This document shows positions 1-14,013 of a DNA stretch of 64,000 bases, piece after piece (the stretch's first letter is position 1; the number at the start of each line of letters is the position of its first letter). Source of the DNA: the human T2T-CHM13v2.0 reference genome, Homo sapiens; assembly GCF_009914755.1 (NCBI RefSeq), contig NC_060926.1, one strand, 5' to 3'. The position numbers and the translations under genes were made by a program. The notes beneath the pieces are model-generated. The model saw nothing but the letters and a program-made list of their open reading frames with translations, made no database searches and was not told where the DNA came from.

Positions 1-2040
1 ATTACAGCCATCACAGAGCTATATCCCAAGCTAATCACTGTGGGCCTGGCATCTGTTGTCCCTGGCATCTGTTGTCCTCTGCCCAGGGACATCTCATGCA
101 CACAGTCAGACTCTCTGAGGAAGGCCCCATGCCTTTGGCATTCCCCTTTGCAGTCAGCGTGCTGCAGACACTCCATGAGCAAGACCCCTTTCATTTCAGG
201 GCAGGCCAGAGTTGTCACTTGCCTACTGACTGCTGAGTGATTTAACCGTAAGATCAGTGCCTGTACCTTGTAGGTGCTCAAAGAGTGTTTGTTGTATGAA
301 CAATGGAGGGTGTATGTGAGCTCTCAGACTCTCCCCAACTAGCAGTCAGAATGAACCTTGTTTCAGGTTCTGCCCGGCTGCTGCTGGCTCTGTACTATGC
401 GACCAAGTCCAATAACATGAGACAAATCACTTCACATTTCTGTGTCTCCATTTTCTAGTCTAAAATTGGGATCATAATCTGTCCACATTTTTGGGGGGTT
501 TTGTTTGAATTTCAATGTAAGACCACATATATGAAAAATCCTTTTAAGCTCTAGAGCACACCATTCGATCATTCAACAATGCCTAGCAGGTGCCTACCAT
601 GTGCCAGACACTGTTCTAGGAACTGAAAATCGAATTGTTTTTTAAAGTCCCCCCAAACATGCCTTTTCTCTAAGCTTTTACATAACACAAATTTCCTGCT
701 TAACGCCCCAGACTACTTCATGGTAAATACATAAGATGCGTTTATTAAACATTTGCTGGGAAATAAATGTGTGCTTGCAACAAATTCCTTTACAGTGAAT
801 ACATCTTCTCAACAAAAGCTTGTTTTCCTTATCTAAGGTCGCAAAGAAATCACTTACTTTACTCTCTCACCCCATATACATAAGTACCTGCTATTTGTCA
901 AGTGGTCTGCTAGCCCTGGAGGTAAAATGAAAAGCCAGACATATTCCCTGCTTTCAAAGATTACACAATCTATCCAGGGAGATGGACAAATAAGCAGAAA
1001 ATCGTCCTAGAATATAACAACTCTAAAACATCTCAATAAGTGCTGAGATCAGGGAGGTCTTCCAAGTGGAGGTGGCCCTTGAGCTATGTCTTAGAGGATG
1101 AATTTGAGTTTTCTGAGCATTGAGGGAGAGGTAGCCGGTCCGAAGAGCACAGCATAGGCAAGGCCCAGTGGAACGAAGGGACAGCTGGTCAGCGTGGCTA
1201 AGAGGCTGCCTGGGTGTTGGGAGAGAGACCAGGGAAGAAGCAAGCCAAGGCTTACGCAGCGCCAGAGGACTCACACTCGATCCCAGGGCAGCAAGAAGCT
1301 ACTGAAGGATCCCAGCAGAAGAGGGCCCACATCCCATCCAGAGACAAGAAACGAATCTCTGCCAGCGTGACAGAGGATGCTCTTATGGGTAGGGGTGAGG
1401 AGGTATGTCCAGAGGCAAAAGATCAGAAATGAAATCATTTGGGAAGAGTCACAAGCTTTTAGATTGACAAACTGAGAGCTAACCTCAACTATTCACATTT
1501 ATTTACCCCTGTCTTCAAAAGAAATCCCTGTTCCACTTCCCCTCACCATCTTAAAAAACCCAACCATTTCAAGTCGAGATACCCCAGATTATCCTTGGGC
1601 CAGAATAAATGCACACAGAGAGAATCTGGGACTTCCAGAGTAGGCATGAGGGGGTACAGAGTCCAGGCCCGACCTTGCTTCCGTTTGTTGGCGTTTTTGC
1701 CGCAATGCGGCTGGAGCTCTGCGGGGCCACAGTTCCCTGTACTGGAGCTCCACTCTCGGGTGCAGTCCTCACACAACCACGTGCCATTTGTTGTCAGAAT
1801 AATTAACCAGAATGGAAAAGCGAGTTCATTAAGATTTGACAAGAAGATACCAATCCCAGCACCCAGACCTCACCAGCTTTCATGAAGAGCATGGCAGAGT
1901 GCAGGGAGCTGGCTGCCTCTGCCTGCAGATGGGAAAGCATGCAGCCATCCCATGGGAAATCAGCCATGGTTCTCAAGCTCTGTCCCCAGCGGAACACGTG
2001 TGCTCTGACCTTAGAATGGACTAGTGGAGAGTGGAAAGGG

Positions 2041-2280
2041 CAGCAGGTTCGTAGTCAGAAAGACCCAGGGCTGCAGGTCCGTAGTCAGAAAGACCCAGGG
2101 CTGCAGGTCCGTAGTCAGAAAGACACAGGGCTGCAGGTCCGTAGTCAGAAAGACCCAGGGCTGCAGGTCCGTAGTCAGAAAGACCCAGGGCTGCAGGTCC
2201 GTAGTCAGAAAGACCCAGGGCTGCAGGTCCGTAGTCAGAAAGACCCAGGGCTGCAGGTCTGTTGTCAGAAAGACCCACGG
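2041..2280. repeat. Minisatellite, 8 x 30 bp (ctgcaggtccgtagtcagaaagacccaggg)
   Basis: Directly visible near-perfect tandem copies at 30-bp period. Confidence 0.98.
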
Positions 2281-2418
2281 GTCTATCCTTTGTGCCACTT
2301 CTTTCTTTAGGACCAATGATTTAACTTTGCTGAGCCTTGGATTCCTCATATAGAAAATAAGGACAAAATTACTTTTCAGAACTACAAAAAGGATTCATTG
2401 TAAAAGAAGTAAAATACC

Positions 2419-2731
<313 letters not shown>

Positions 2732-3360
2732 CTAGCAGGGTTCCTGGAAGGTAGCAGATGATTAATAAAGTGGACTTAATATAATCTCACTTCTGTATTG
2801 AGGCCTTATCTTAAACCTTATAATGTTAACTTTTATCTAGTTGATACTACATCATATAATAAACGGAACATGCTTAATTTTCGTTTTCTATCCTGTGAAT
2901 TGTCTTAAATTTTAGAGCCCTCTACCAGTTTCCATGCTAAAAGGTGGTAGAAGGCAGTGTCTGATTGAGTGCAGAATTATGAATCCTATCGTTTTAGATC
3001 TGCTGCATCACCACTGCGTGGTGAGAGTTCCACCAGAAGCAAAGCACCCCGACTTCAGGCACCCATCTTCCCGGGCAAGTGCGAAGCCTCGTTCTGAGTG
3101 AGAAAAGCACAACACAAGATACAGGATAACACAGCTGAGCTAACTCTCTGCAACAGATTTGTTCCAGGAATACTGGATGAGATGTATTTTGTGTGACTGA
3201 ATTCTCTTCTGAAGGCCCAATGGGAGGTGAGTATTATATCAACTGCTGCCTGGACACCCCCATTCCTGCTCCTCCTGACAGTACACCTCTGTCCCCTTTG
3301 GCCAGAATATGTGCCCATTCCCCACACCCACTCGTCCCCATCTGAACGGTCCCTAAGACT

Positions 3361-3640
3361 CAGCCCACAGCCGCCCACCCCTACACCTTCCTCCACCCCC
3401 TCTTCCCAGCCCACAGCCGCCCACCCTACACCTCCCTCCACCCCCTCTTCCCCAGCCCACAGCCGCCCACCCTACACCTTCCTCCACCCCCTCTCCCCAG
3501 CCCACAGCCACTCACCCCTACACCTTCCTCCACCCCCTCTTCCCCAGCCCGCAGCCACCCACCCTACACCTTCCTCCACCGCCTCTTCCCAGCCCACAGC
3601 CACTCACCCCTACACCTTCCTCCATCCCCTCTTCCAGCCA
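3361..3640. repeat. C-rich minisatellite, ~6 x 45-47 bp (cagcccacagccgcccacccctacaccttcctccaccccctcttcc)
   Basis: Directly visible tandem copies; explains the Pro/His-rich and Gly-rich ORFs here. Confidence 0.95.
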
Positions 3641-4976
3641 CCACTGCACTAGTTGGAAGTGATTTTCCCCATGAGTGAGTTCCCTAAAGTGCCCGTTGTG
3701 TGAGTTTTATTTGAGTATGTAGGTATGTTCAATGCAGAGTCACTTGTAGCACAATATTTTTAATTACTGGTTTCCATAAAGAAATTATGTAGTTAAAAAC
3801 CAAAATGCACATTCATGTGAAATGCAGACCAACTATGTAGGCCAATGCCCTGGGAACTCTCCGCATAGAACTAAGAAAACACAGCCTTCCAGAGGCTGTC
3901 AAAGCAGCCAGCCTCTTGCCCCTCTGAATGACCCCACCTGCTGCAGGAGCTTCTGGGGGCATCAGCCCACAAAATCACAGGCAGAACTACTTGGAGACCA
4001 CCCTTCTATTTATCACATCTGACCTGAATCTCAGGCCTTTTTGCTGAACCCTCAATGCATTTGTAGAGCCTTTCAGAGATGCACCTGCCAGGCCCCGCCA
4101 ACCAGTCTTGGTAATTATTCCTGATATAGCACAGAAGCCAGCTCTGAGATTGGAACAAACACTAAGGCACACACCTGAGACTCCCTGAGCAAACTGGGAG
4201 AGACCCCATGTCTCACGTGCTCCTGCAACACTCACATTACAGATCAGGAAATACAGCCAGAGAAGCGAAACCCCTTCCCCAAAGCCAAATTTATATCCAA
4301 CTGACTTTCATCATAGGAGGGCTCTGCAGAGCGGGAAGAATCCTACCATCACCCCTGACCAGCTGTGGCCTCTGGAAAGCTACTCCACCTCCCTAGGGGT
4401 CCACTCCAAGGGTCAGTGAAACGAGGTGGCTAACCTGCCCCTCCTTGGTGGTTGTAGGAGCTGGGAGTGCATCCCAGGCCCCAATGTGGGAGCTTCAGAG
4501 CTCCTTCTGTGAAACCAGGCATCCCTGTGCTCACACATGCCAGGCTGTCAGGACCAGCCTCTCTGTGCCCCTGGCTCCCTCCACCCAGTATTCTGCCTTC
4601 CTCATATGGAGGTTGGTTTGGGGTTGTGGTGGGGGTGTTCCTGGAGAAAACAGATTTCAATATCTGTTTCAAATCTCCCTGGTTGACCACAGATATGAAG
4701 GAAGCATGGAGAATTCCAGACCCCCAGCCTTAAGTGCTGTTTGCAAAACACCCGCAATGTGTCAGGAGACAGGAGCTGACTTCCAGGCGGCCGACTCTGG
4801 CCCATGTTTCTCAAAGTTCCACCCATTGCCTTATTTTTCCTGCGACCTATTTCCATCTGCAACACGGATGGGAACATCTGTGTCCAGGGCATCTTTTTCT
4901 TTTCTTTCATTTCTTTCCAAAACTTGAGTCAAGTCCATATACAAGGCTTAATTTAAGCTTGGTTCCTGTATAATTA

Positions 4977-5351
<375 letters not shown>

Positions 5352-5854
5352 CTAAGGAATCATCTGTGTCCTTCTTTCCATCTAAGTCACCCCTTCCCCG
5401 GCATCACTGAGGTTGCGGAGAGTGAAATGAACATATGTATGTGCCAGAAACTTCCAAAGGGCCACTCTTTTGCATGCATAAACCCATTGCAAAGATTGTT
5501 TGCCCCATGCCCAAAACCGGTCAAAATTCTGCAGACAGAAACGCCGTCCTCCTCTCCCAGGAGCTGTGCAGGGCAAGTGCTCTTTGGCTATGACTCTAAT
5601 TACAGCCCCTCAGATACAGCGAAGAATGACAGGTATGGCGGCCCCTGGGTAGCAGAACATCATGAGGAAACCACAGCCTGTGGCGTCCTCCTGCACTTCA
5701 TGAAAAGGCTCACGGGGCTCCAGGTGGAGCTCCTTCCAAAGCCCAGCACAGGCAATCACAGCAGGGCGGGGGTAGAGCAGGCACCGGCAGAAACAGTCTA
5801 CTACAGCTGACCGCAGACATGAAGTGTGACTTGTACCCCTCTGTCTGTTTCTAC

Positions 5855-6500
5855 ACAATTCAACACACGTTCCTTGAGCACTTCTGTTTGGGAGAGACAC
5901 AGTGCTCCAAAGACTTCAAGACAGGGGCAGGAGGAGGGAAAGGCGGGATGGTGAGGAGGTTCCTCCCTCTCGAGACGCTCAGGCCCTAAGAAGGAGGTGC
6001 CTCTGCGGGGCTGGCCATAGTGTTGGGTGTGCAGAGTGCAGAGCAGGGTTCAATGGCTCCTTATGGAGGAGAGCCTCCGGGATGTGGTCTTGAAGGACGG
6101 CTGATTTTGAAGCCATCATTTGGGGCAGAGCTCAGGGGGTGCTGGAGGAAGTGGGGCCACACTGAGCCAAGGCTGAGGAGACATAGACAAGGTGTACATG
6201 AGGTCCATCTGTGTGTGGTTAGAGGGAGCAGAGAGCACAGTGCCCTTGAGAGAGGAATGAGGCCAGCCCAGTGGGGGCAGCACCACCGCTGTCCACTGAA
6301 AGTTTGGGCAGGAGTGATAAATGACCGAGCCTGTGATAAGATTCATCCCCATAGCGCAATCAGGATGGCTTGGAGGAGGCTGCCATCAGGACTTTTACAG
6401 GATTTACGGGGTGACATGCTGAGTCTCAGAACCACGGCGGCAGCCTTGGGGTGGACAGAGAGGATCCATGCAGATATGTCGTGGGCAGATTGGCAGCCAA
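5855..6500 (-). mobile_element. L2 LINE fragment (old)
   Basis: Begins 'caattcaacacacgttccttgagcac' (reverse complement of the L2 3' end), followed by purine-rich L2-like sequence; boundaries approximate. Confidence 0.55.
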
Positions 6501-7018
6501 CGTGCTGGTCTCATCTCTGCATTACAGTTGCCTGGAGCCTCAACTCTGGGGGAGGCAGAAAAACAACCACAGAGCACCACACTTCAGACAAGGATTCTAG
6601 GGCAGCACCGACCAGGGCAAGAAGCATTCATGCCATGCGATCCCTGTGCGGGAATCAGAATATCATGAAAAATACCTGTCTGCTGAGCTTTAATCACCGC
6701 CTCCTGAGGAACTAAATGGAAGAAAAAGAACTCACTATGCATAAAGGACACCACCATCTTGTATAAGTTTAAAAGGGTGCAAAAGCTGAAAATTCGTGGC
6801 CCTGAATCTTCATATCTATGAAGGTTTCAGGTTGATATGAGAAAGCACGTTGAGTTTAAAAATGCTGTCTCAGCTGTTTTTTGCCCTGAGCACCCAGCCC
6901 ATGCCTGGAACCATCTAAGTGCTGAATAAGTGGTCCTGAGCAGATGGAAGCGTTGCAGGTTCTAATCAGACGGTGCTAATAGCTGTCATTCATTGACTCC
7001 TTCCTATGTGCAGCTGTG

Positions 7019-7385
7019 CGTCTTAGTCCATTTGGTGTTGCTCTAACAGAACACCTGAGACCGGGTAATTTATAAATAAGTGTATTTGGCTCACAGTTTT
7101 GGAGGATGGGAAGTCCAAGAAGCACCTGTTCCATGTTACAGTAGAGGAAGGGGAAGATGTGTGCAAAAAGGAACCAACCAGGACAGCCAGTCTTGCTTTA
7201 TAACTACCTGATCTCGTGGAAACTAATCCACTCCCGTAGGAGCTAACCCAGACTTGGGAAAAAGAGATGCATCCATCTTAACCATCTAGTCACCTCCTGA
7301 AGGCATCAGCTCCCAACCCCACCCCATTTCGGACCAAGCCTCAACATGCAGTTTGGTAGGGACAAATCATATCCAAACCATAGCA
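7019..7385 (-). mobile_element. MaLR solo LTR (MST-like) inserted in a MIR
   Basis: 'tcttagtccatttggtgttgct...cacctgagaccgggtaatttataaa...ctcacagttttggagg...caaaccatagca'; MIR-like sequence on both sides. Confidence 0.85.
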
Positions 7386-7867
7386 GTACGTCAGTCATTT
7401 ATAATCTAACAGGATAAATATTCCAGTTTTACAGATGAGAAAAACAAGTCTCTGAGAATTAAATAAGTCATATAAGATTGCACAGCTATAAAGTGACTGA
7501 GCTGAGAAACTCTCACCACCTTGTCTGGGGGAAGTCAAAGTCCAGGATCGCTTTGCTAAGCCGTGCTGCCTCCAGCATTTGATTCGAGATGTGGGCCTAC
7601 AATGGCAGTGCTGATGATGTAATTAGTGTAAACCTCAGACACTGCCTAACGCGTTAAGGCCTCTGTACTTATCATTATCAAGAGCAAATCATCTGTTTCT
7701 ATGAAGCAGAATGGTAGGCCTTCATCCAAACCAGCCATGCCCGTGTAGCAGGGCTGCGCCTAACTATCCTTACCCTGAATGTCCTGAGAGGAACCATGCT
7801 CAGTACCAAGACAAAGATCTCAGTAGCCCTGTCTGCACCAAGTAGCACTTTTAAATAAAACATCAAG

Positions 7868-8199
<332 letters not shown>

Positions 8200-8961
8200 T
8201 CAAACTCCCCTTTTAGGAGTGATCATGAAAAATTAAACCGTGGCATTTGCGGGTGAAGCGCAAATCCCCAGATGTCCCTGGCCTCGTGCTCAGCTTGAAG
8301 GTCATGAAACTCAAGGGATTTCCAAGGCCAGAGAGTTCAAAAGCTGCCCTTCCTGGGGACGGCCTGGAGGCTTTTTGCCCCTCAGCTACAGCCGCTCCTG
8401 TATGGAGCTACTGGCCTCCCCAGGAGGAAGGAGCACATTCCTCACCCCGCCGGTGCTAGGAGCCCTCAGTGTTCAATGAAGAAAACTGCACAGAACAAAT
8501 TCATCCTCACCCTTCACCTGGCGAGACGCAGTGCAGTGCAAGAGTGTCGGATGTATTGACTCTCTACGAAGAAGTTTAATTCTCATCCGTTCTTGCAATC
8601 GGCTTGTGTATAACGGGCTGCACAATGACCAGCAGACACGTTTCAGGGGAGCGTGTCTAGTATGAGGCAGGCAGCATGGGAGTGGAAAGTTATTTTTCTT
8701 CAGGTCAAAAATTCCAATTCTTCACAGAGGTCTCAATTTTTGTATGTTCCTCTGGACAGTTGAAACATCAGCTCTTCTGCTCTTTTCTTTCAAATTAGCC
8801 CCAGTGATGAGCTTTCTGAGTCCACAAGGCAGGCTGTTATGCATTCCTAGAGTCAGAGGGTCAGGCCTTGTCTTGCTGGCATCATAGGGCATGCACCATT
8901 CCGCTGCACTTAAAAAAAATCAATGTTGTGGATGTAAATATGATTAAAATGCATTTCACCA

Positions 8962-9077
8962 GGGAGGTGGGGGTTGCAGTGAGCCAAGATCGCACCACTA
9001 CACTCCAGCCTGGGTGACAGAGCAAGACTGTCTCAAAACAAAACAAAACAAAAACAAAAATAAAACGAAACAAAAAA
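8962..9077 (+). mobile_element. Severely 5'-truncated Alu (last ~75 bp plus (A4-5C)n tail)
   Basis: Alu right-arm 3' end flanked by a perfect 10-bp TSD catttcacca (8952-8961 / 9078-9087). Confidence 0.93.
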
Positions 9078-10034
9078 CATTTCACCATCCCATTACTGGA
9101 TGACTCTAAAATGGGAAAACTTCTAAAAATACATTGCATTTCCATTTTTACAGACCAGAACATCGCACTGTGCTGTGGTTAGATAATGACGGACGCGAGG
9201 TGCCCCATATGGAGGTTTGCACAGTGCTTGTCCCCCAGGCGGTGGCCACAGCCCTTCATGCTGTTGGAGTTCGTGTCCATGCTCCTCTCACCAGGAGGGA
9301 CCCCTCCCTGATGCTGCCCTAGTGTCTAGAAGCCCCATGTTGTGGGAAGAAAGCTCCGTGGCTGCTGTCATTCCTGCCTCCATTGTGCAGACATGGAGCC
9401 AAGGTGCAGCCAGTTATGCGGCTCCCCTAAGTCCTAAGTCTAGAGCACTGGCAGGTGGAGCCTGTACTCACAGCAGGACTGCCGGCCACACGGCTCAGGC
9501 CTCAAACCCATGACATCCTCCTGTTTTTTGTATTTGCCTGCACCTCTACACGTCTGCTGTCACAGAATAAATATCTTTCTCTAGTGTTGACCAAGACAGA
9601 AGAAACATTTGCAAATAAGCAAATTCTGAAATACAATATCCTAACTAACATTTTTACCTGTCATTATACTTCACATATCCACAAATGATTCAGGCTTAGT
9701 AATTTTATTATAACCAAATTTAAATTGATATTCTTAAAGAGAAGAAACATAAAATTATATTTTAATTATGTATTTATAAAATCAAGTGATTTTTCTTTGC
9801 TATTGTCCTCAGCAAATTAAAGTATACAAATCCTTTGTAATGCATTGGAATGCCATGTGTTCTACTCTTTTGTACTAGAAAGTTATTAATTAAGATGATG
9901 GAAATTATAAATGAGGTATAGGACTTAAAAATACATGCTTAAATTTATAAAGAGAGTGATAAACAGAAAGCCAATGCATGTATTTGATCATTGAATTTTT
10001 TCCCTCAACTAGGATATCAACATAGAGCTCGGTC

Positions 10035-10091
10035 ATTGGCCATGATGACATAGCTGAGAAGAAACAACCACCTACCCGCCATGCTATAAAG
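10035..10091 (+). promoter_or_regulatory. Candidate core promoter (reverse CCAAT, GC box, TATA)
   Basis: ATTGG 10035-39, CCCGCC 10075-80, TATAAAG 10085-91 at roughly canonical spacing; GC-rich downstream; donor GGG|GTAAGG after 10341. Motif match only; no good Inr. Confidence 0.25.
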
Positions 10092-11515
10092 CAGACGTTC
10101 TGAGTGCTGTGGGGACCTGGCGAGAGAAGGACTGCCCCCGGCCCAGGCAAAGGGAGGCAGGAGCTGGCAGCGGTCAGGGAGGGGTTGTGGAGATTGGTAC
10201 CTGGGCCAGCCAGGCAACAAAAGTGCAGGTGGGGTGCAGGGGGCCCGTCTGAAAAAGCAGCCCTGCACGGGCACAGGTGTGGGCGCTGGTGAGCCCCACA
10301 GCTCAGCAGGAGCCTGCAATGGGGCTGAGCACTGCACCGGGGTAAGGACAAGAAACCAAGGGGAAATCAAGGCCTGGAGGCATGGGAGCAGGGTCACTAA
10401 GAGGTGGGTTTTGAAGAGTAATTGGAGAATCTTTAAGGCAAAATAAAAGGCATGCATCAGGAGTAAATAAAACGCCAAGCACTGATTCCAGTTGCAGGAG
10501 AGGCACAGTGTCATGAAAGAGAAGCGTCGCAGACAAAATGATGGGAAGCATTTCTGGGCTCATGGCAGGGCCTGGGAGCAGTTTCTAGCTTCCGAATTCA
10601 CTCCCCATGCAACACCACAAAACTCCAACATGCAATTATTGATGGCGGGCAAGATTCCCACCAACTAGGCGATAAACACACATTACCCTTTAGGTTAATT
10701 TTCATTCAACTTTCACACTATTAATTAATTGAGGAAATGTTTATTCTGTCCTCTGCACTTTCTCGGCAACGCATGCCAGTCACCAGTGCACATCTCAAAC
10801 ATGAGCCTCCTAGCATCCCTGGCACTCTAGTGGTTAGGATGTGGCGCTGAGCTTTCTCAAGGAGGCTGAGGCTGCTACGGCTCCCTGCCTGGGGGCAGCT
10901 TCTTGTCCTCACTGGTTTACACTCAGGTCCAGTCTGCGGTTGACCGACCAGTCTTCTTTCCATCTCATGAAGACAGATGGCACCCCATTCACTGCCAGTT
11001 AACTGACATGGGCAGGCCATATATTCGTCCACAGTTTCACTGCTTTCAAGAGCCAGCTTCAACTCCCCCTCATCTATTTTTTTTGGTGCTCTTTTGCAAG
11101 CACCCTACCCTGAACTAATTGCTTCCTTCCTTCATTCAATAAATGCTTCCTAATTCCCACTTCCCCAAGTGTCTGGAACTGGGAGTAGCTGCTGGAAGTC
11201 AGAATTTAAAAACAGACATAGTTTCTGTCTCTCAGAGCCTACAGTACAGCAGATAGAGCAGGATACAAGCAAATGAGCAATTAAACAACATGTAATAAGA
11301 GAGGAGCCGTGTAATCAGAGCTGAGTCATTAATTTGGTATTAAATCATGTGTTGAGCAGCATCCCAATTTATATTAGCTTTAGATATGTCTAATTTTATC
11401 TCCCCTATGAAATTTTAGCTTCTTGAGGACACGGAATGTGTCTTAAACTGTATATTGTTGTTTTCTAGGACCCAGCTCAGTGCTATACACACAAAGGGTG
11501 CTCAATAAGTGTTTT

Positions 11516-12500
11516 TAAATACATTTTTATTGCACATGTTTAAGGTATACATGATGTTTTGATATACACACATTTAGTAAAATGATTACTACAGTCAAAC
11601 AAATTTATGTATCCATCACCTTCCATAGTTACTTTCTGTGTATGTGTCTGGTGAGAGCACCTAAAATCTACTTTCTCAGCAAGTTTTTAGAGTACTATTC
11701 AATCTTATTGGCCATAGTCCTCATGCAGTGCAACAACTCTCTAGACTTACTTATGCTGCATAACTGTAAATTCACACCTTTCACCTACTCTCCCCATTTC
11801 CACCCCTCCCTGCTCCTGGCAACTACCATTCTACCCTCTGCTTCTATGCATTCCACTTATATTTTTTCAGTTTGGCATATAAGTGAGATCATGCAGTATT
11901 AGCCTTTCTGTGTCAAGCTTATTTTACTTAGCATAGTGTCTTCCAGTTTCATCCATGTTGTAGCAAATGGCAGAAATACTACAATTGCTGTAACTGTTCA
12001 TCCTTTGATGGACATTTGGATAGTTTTCATATAGTGGCTATTGCAAATAATGATTAAATGAACATGAGAGTGCAAATATCTCTATGAGGTGCTTAAAGCA
12101 TTTCCTGTAGTTATACATCCAACAAACAGATGGCTGGATCACACAGTAATTCTATTTTTAATTTTTTAAAGAACCCCCATACTAGTTCCCATAAGAGCTC
12201 TACCAATTTACATTCCCAGCAACAGTGCACAAGTGTTCCCTTTTCTCTACATCCTCATCCACACTGTTATCTTTGGACTTTTTGGTAATAGCCATCTAAC
12301 AGGTATGAAGTGATATGTCATTGTGATTTTGACTTGCATTTCCCTGATCATTAGTGATGTTAAACACATTTTCATATATCTACTGGCCATTTATTTATAT
12401 GTCTTCTTTGGAAAAATGTATATTTAGGTCCTTTATTCATTTGTTAAAATTGGGTTATATTTGTTTGTTTGTTTTTATATTGAGTTATGTGAGTTTCTTG
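11516..12500 (-). mobile_element. L1MA-like 3' end (3'UTR + ORF2 end), antisense segment
   Basis: 'ttaaggtatacatgatgttttgatatacac...gattactacagtcaa...' L1MA 3'UTR, followed by ORF2 C-terminal sequence in reverse. Confidence 0.9.
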
Positions 12501-13000
12501 TGATTTCAAGTTATATTGCAAAGCTATAGTAATCAAAACTGTATGGTACTGGCATAAAAATAGACACACAGACCAACGGAATAGAACAGAGATCCCAGAA
12601 ATAAACCCAAAAACATATGGTCAGCCAATTTTAAGCAAGACCACCAAAATACAGAATGGAGAAAGATAGTCTCTTCAATAAATTATGTTAGGAAAACTAA
12701 ATATCCACATGTAAAAGACTAAAACTGGATTATTAGCCTATACCATATAGAATTAACTTCAAAATGGATTAAAGTCCTGAATTTAAGAAGTGAAACTGTA
12801 AAATTCCTAAAAGAAAACATAGGGGAAAAAGTCCTCGATATAAATTTTTTGGATATTACACCAAAAGCTCAGGCAACCAAAGCAAAAATAAAAAAATGAG
12901 ACAACATCAGATTAAAAGGTTTTGCACAGCATAATGAAAAGGTAGCCTGTGGACTGGGAGAAAATATTTGCAAATCATATATCTGATGAGGTGTTAATAA
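12501..13000 (+). mobile_element. Inverted 5' segment of the same L1 (ORF2 fragment)
   Basis: 'tgatttcaagttatattgcaaagctatagtaatcaaaactgtatggtactggcataaaaatagacac' is L1 ORF2 sense; it ends about where the antisense segment begins in the consensus. Confidence 0.85.
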
Positions 13001-13711
13001 CAAGCATTTACATATTTTATCTGATGACTTGCCAAGGCAACTAGACAAGGGAATTTGAGATTCAGAATAGATGTAAGGAAGATATTAAATGATAGAGAAG
13101 CGTTAATGAGAGAAGCATCTGTATTTATTGTTCACCTGGCATGCATCAGCCCTGAATAATGACACAGTAGACGCAGACCCCGGACTCAAGAGGTCTACCT
13201 CTCAATAGACCCTGTTCTGTTGGAAGGACGCATGCAAGGTCATGGAGAAAGGATGGGTGCTGGCCCAGCCAGAGTGGGCCAGTGAGGAGTGTCATTATCC
13301 CCTGGGGCAACACCTGGAAAACAGATCTTCTCACGGCTTCCAGGGATTAAGCCTTCTTTAGCACATTTTTCAAACATCCAAAACTTCAGGTGCCCTGTCT
13401 TTTTTGTCCCTGAAACAAGTGAAGTCAAGGTCATTTTTATTTCAATGACTTGTTTTTTTGCTTATCCAATGGAGAAGCTGATGGGAGAAAACAAAAATAA
13501 AAAACACAGCAACACTGTTCATTTATTTTTGTAAACAGGAACTCTAGTTCACTCACATTCCTGTATTCAACTAAGTGTAAATGTTTATGTCATGTTCTGA
13601 CCTGGGTCTCAAAGTTGGCCTTCCTGAGGACTTGTGATCACGCTTACCTAAGCCCCACCTTGGGCTTTGTCTCAGGTCTACATTCGGGAAGTTCTAGCTT
13701 CAAAGCCTTTT

Positions 13712-14013
13712 TCTTTTCTCTTTTATTTTTTGAGACAGGGTCTTGCTCTTTCATCCAGGCTAGAGTACAGTGGTGTGATCACAGCTCACTGCAGCCTCGA
13801 CCTTCCAGGGCTCAAGTGATTCTCCCACCTCAGCCTCCTGAGTAGCTGGGACTACAGGTGAACACCACCACACCCAGCTAATTTTTGTATTTTTTGTGGA
13901 GATGGGGTCTTGCCATGTTGTACAGGCTGGTCTCGAACTCCTAGGCTCAAGCCATCATTCTGCCTCAGGCTCCCAAAGTGCTGGGATTATAGGTGTGAGC
14001 CACCATGCCCAGT
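13712..14013 (-). mobile_element. Alu (AluJ-like)
   Basis: Reverse Alu with 'gggctcaagtgattctcccacctcagcc'; TSD ttcaaagcctttt at 13699-13711 and 14014-14026. Confidence 0.95.

Noticed and set aside
45-76. 16-bp tandem duplication (cctggcatctgttgtc x2); similar small duplication at 51704-51764
   Set aside because: Ordinary micro-duplications with no further signal
1882-2353. Four overlapping repetitive ORFs
   Set aside because: Artefact of a 30-bp (multiple-of-3) repeat lacking stops in those frames
6020-6715. 231-aa ORF
   Set aside because: Non-ATG start, largely overlaps an L2 remnant, no recognisable domain
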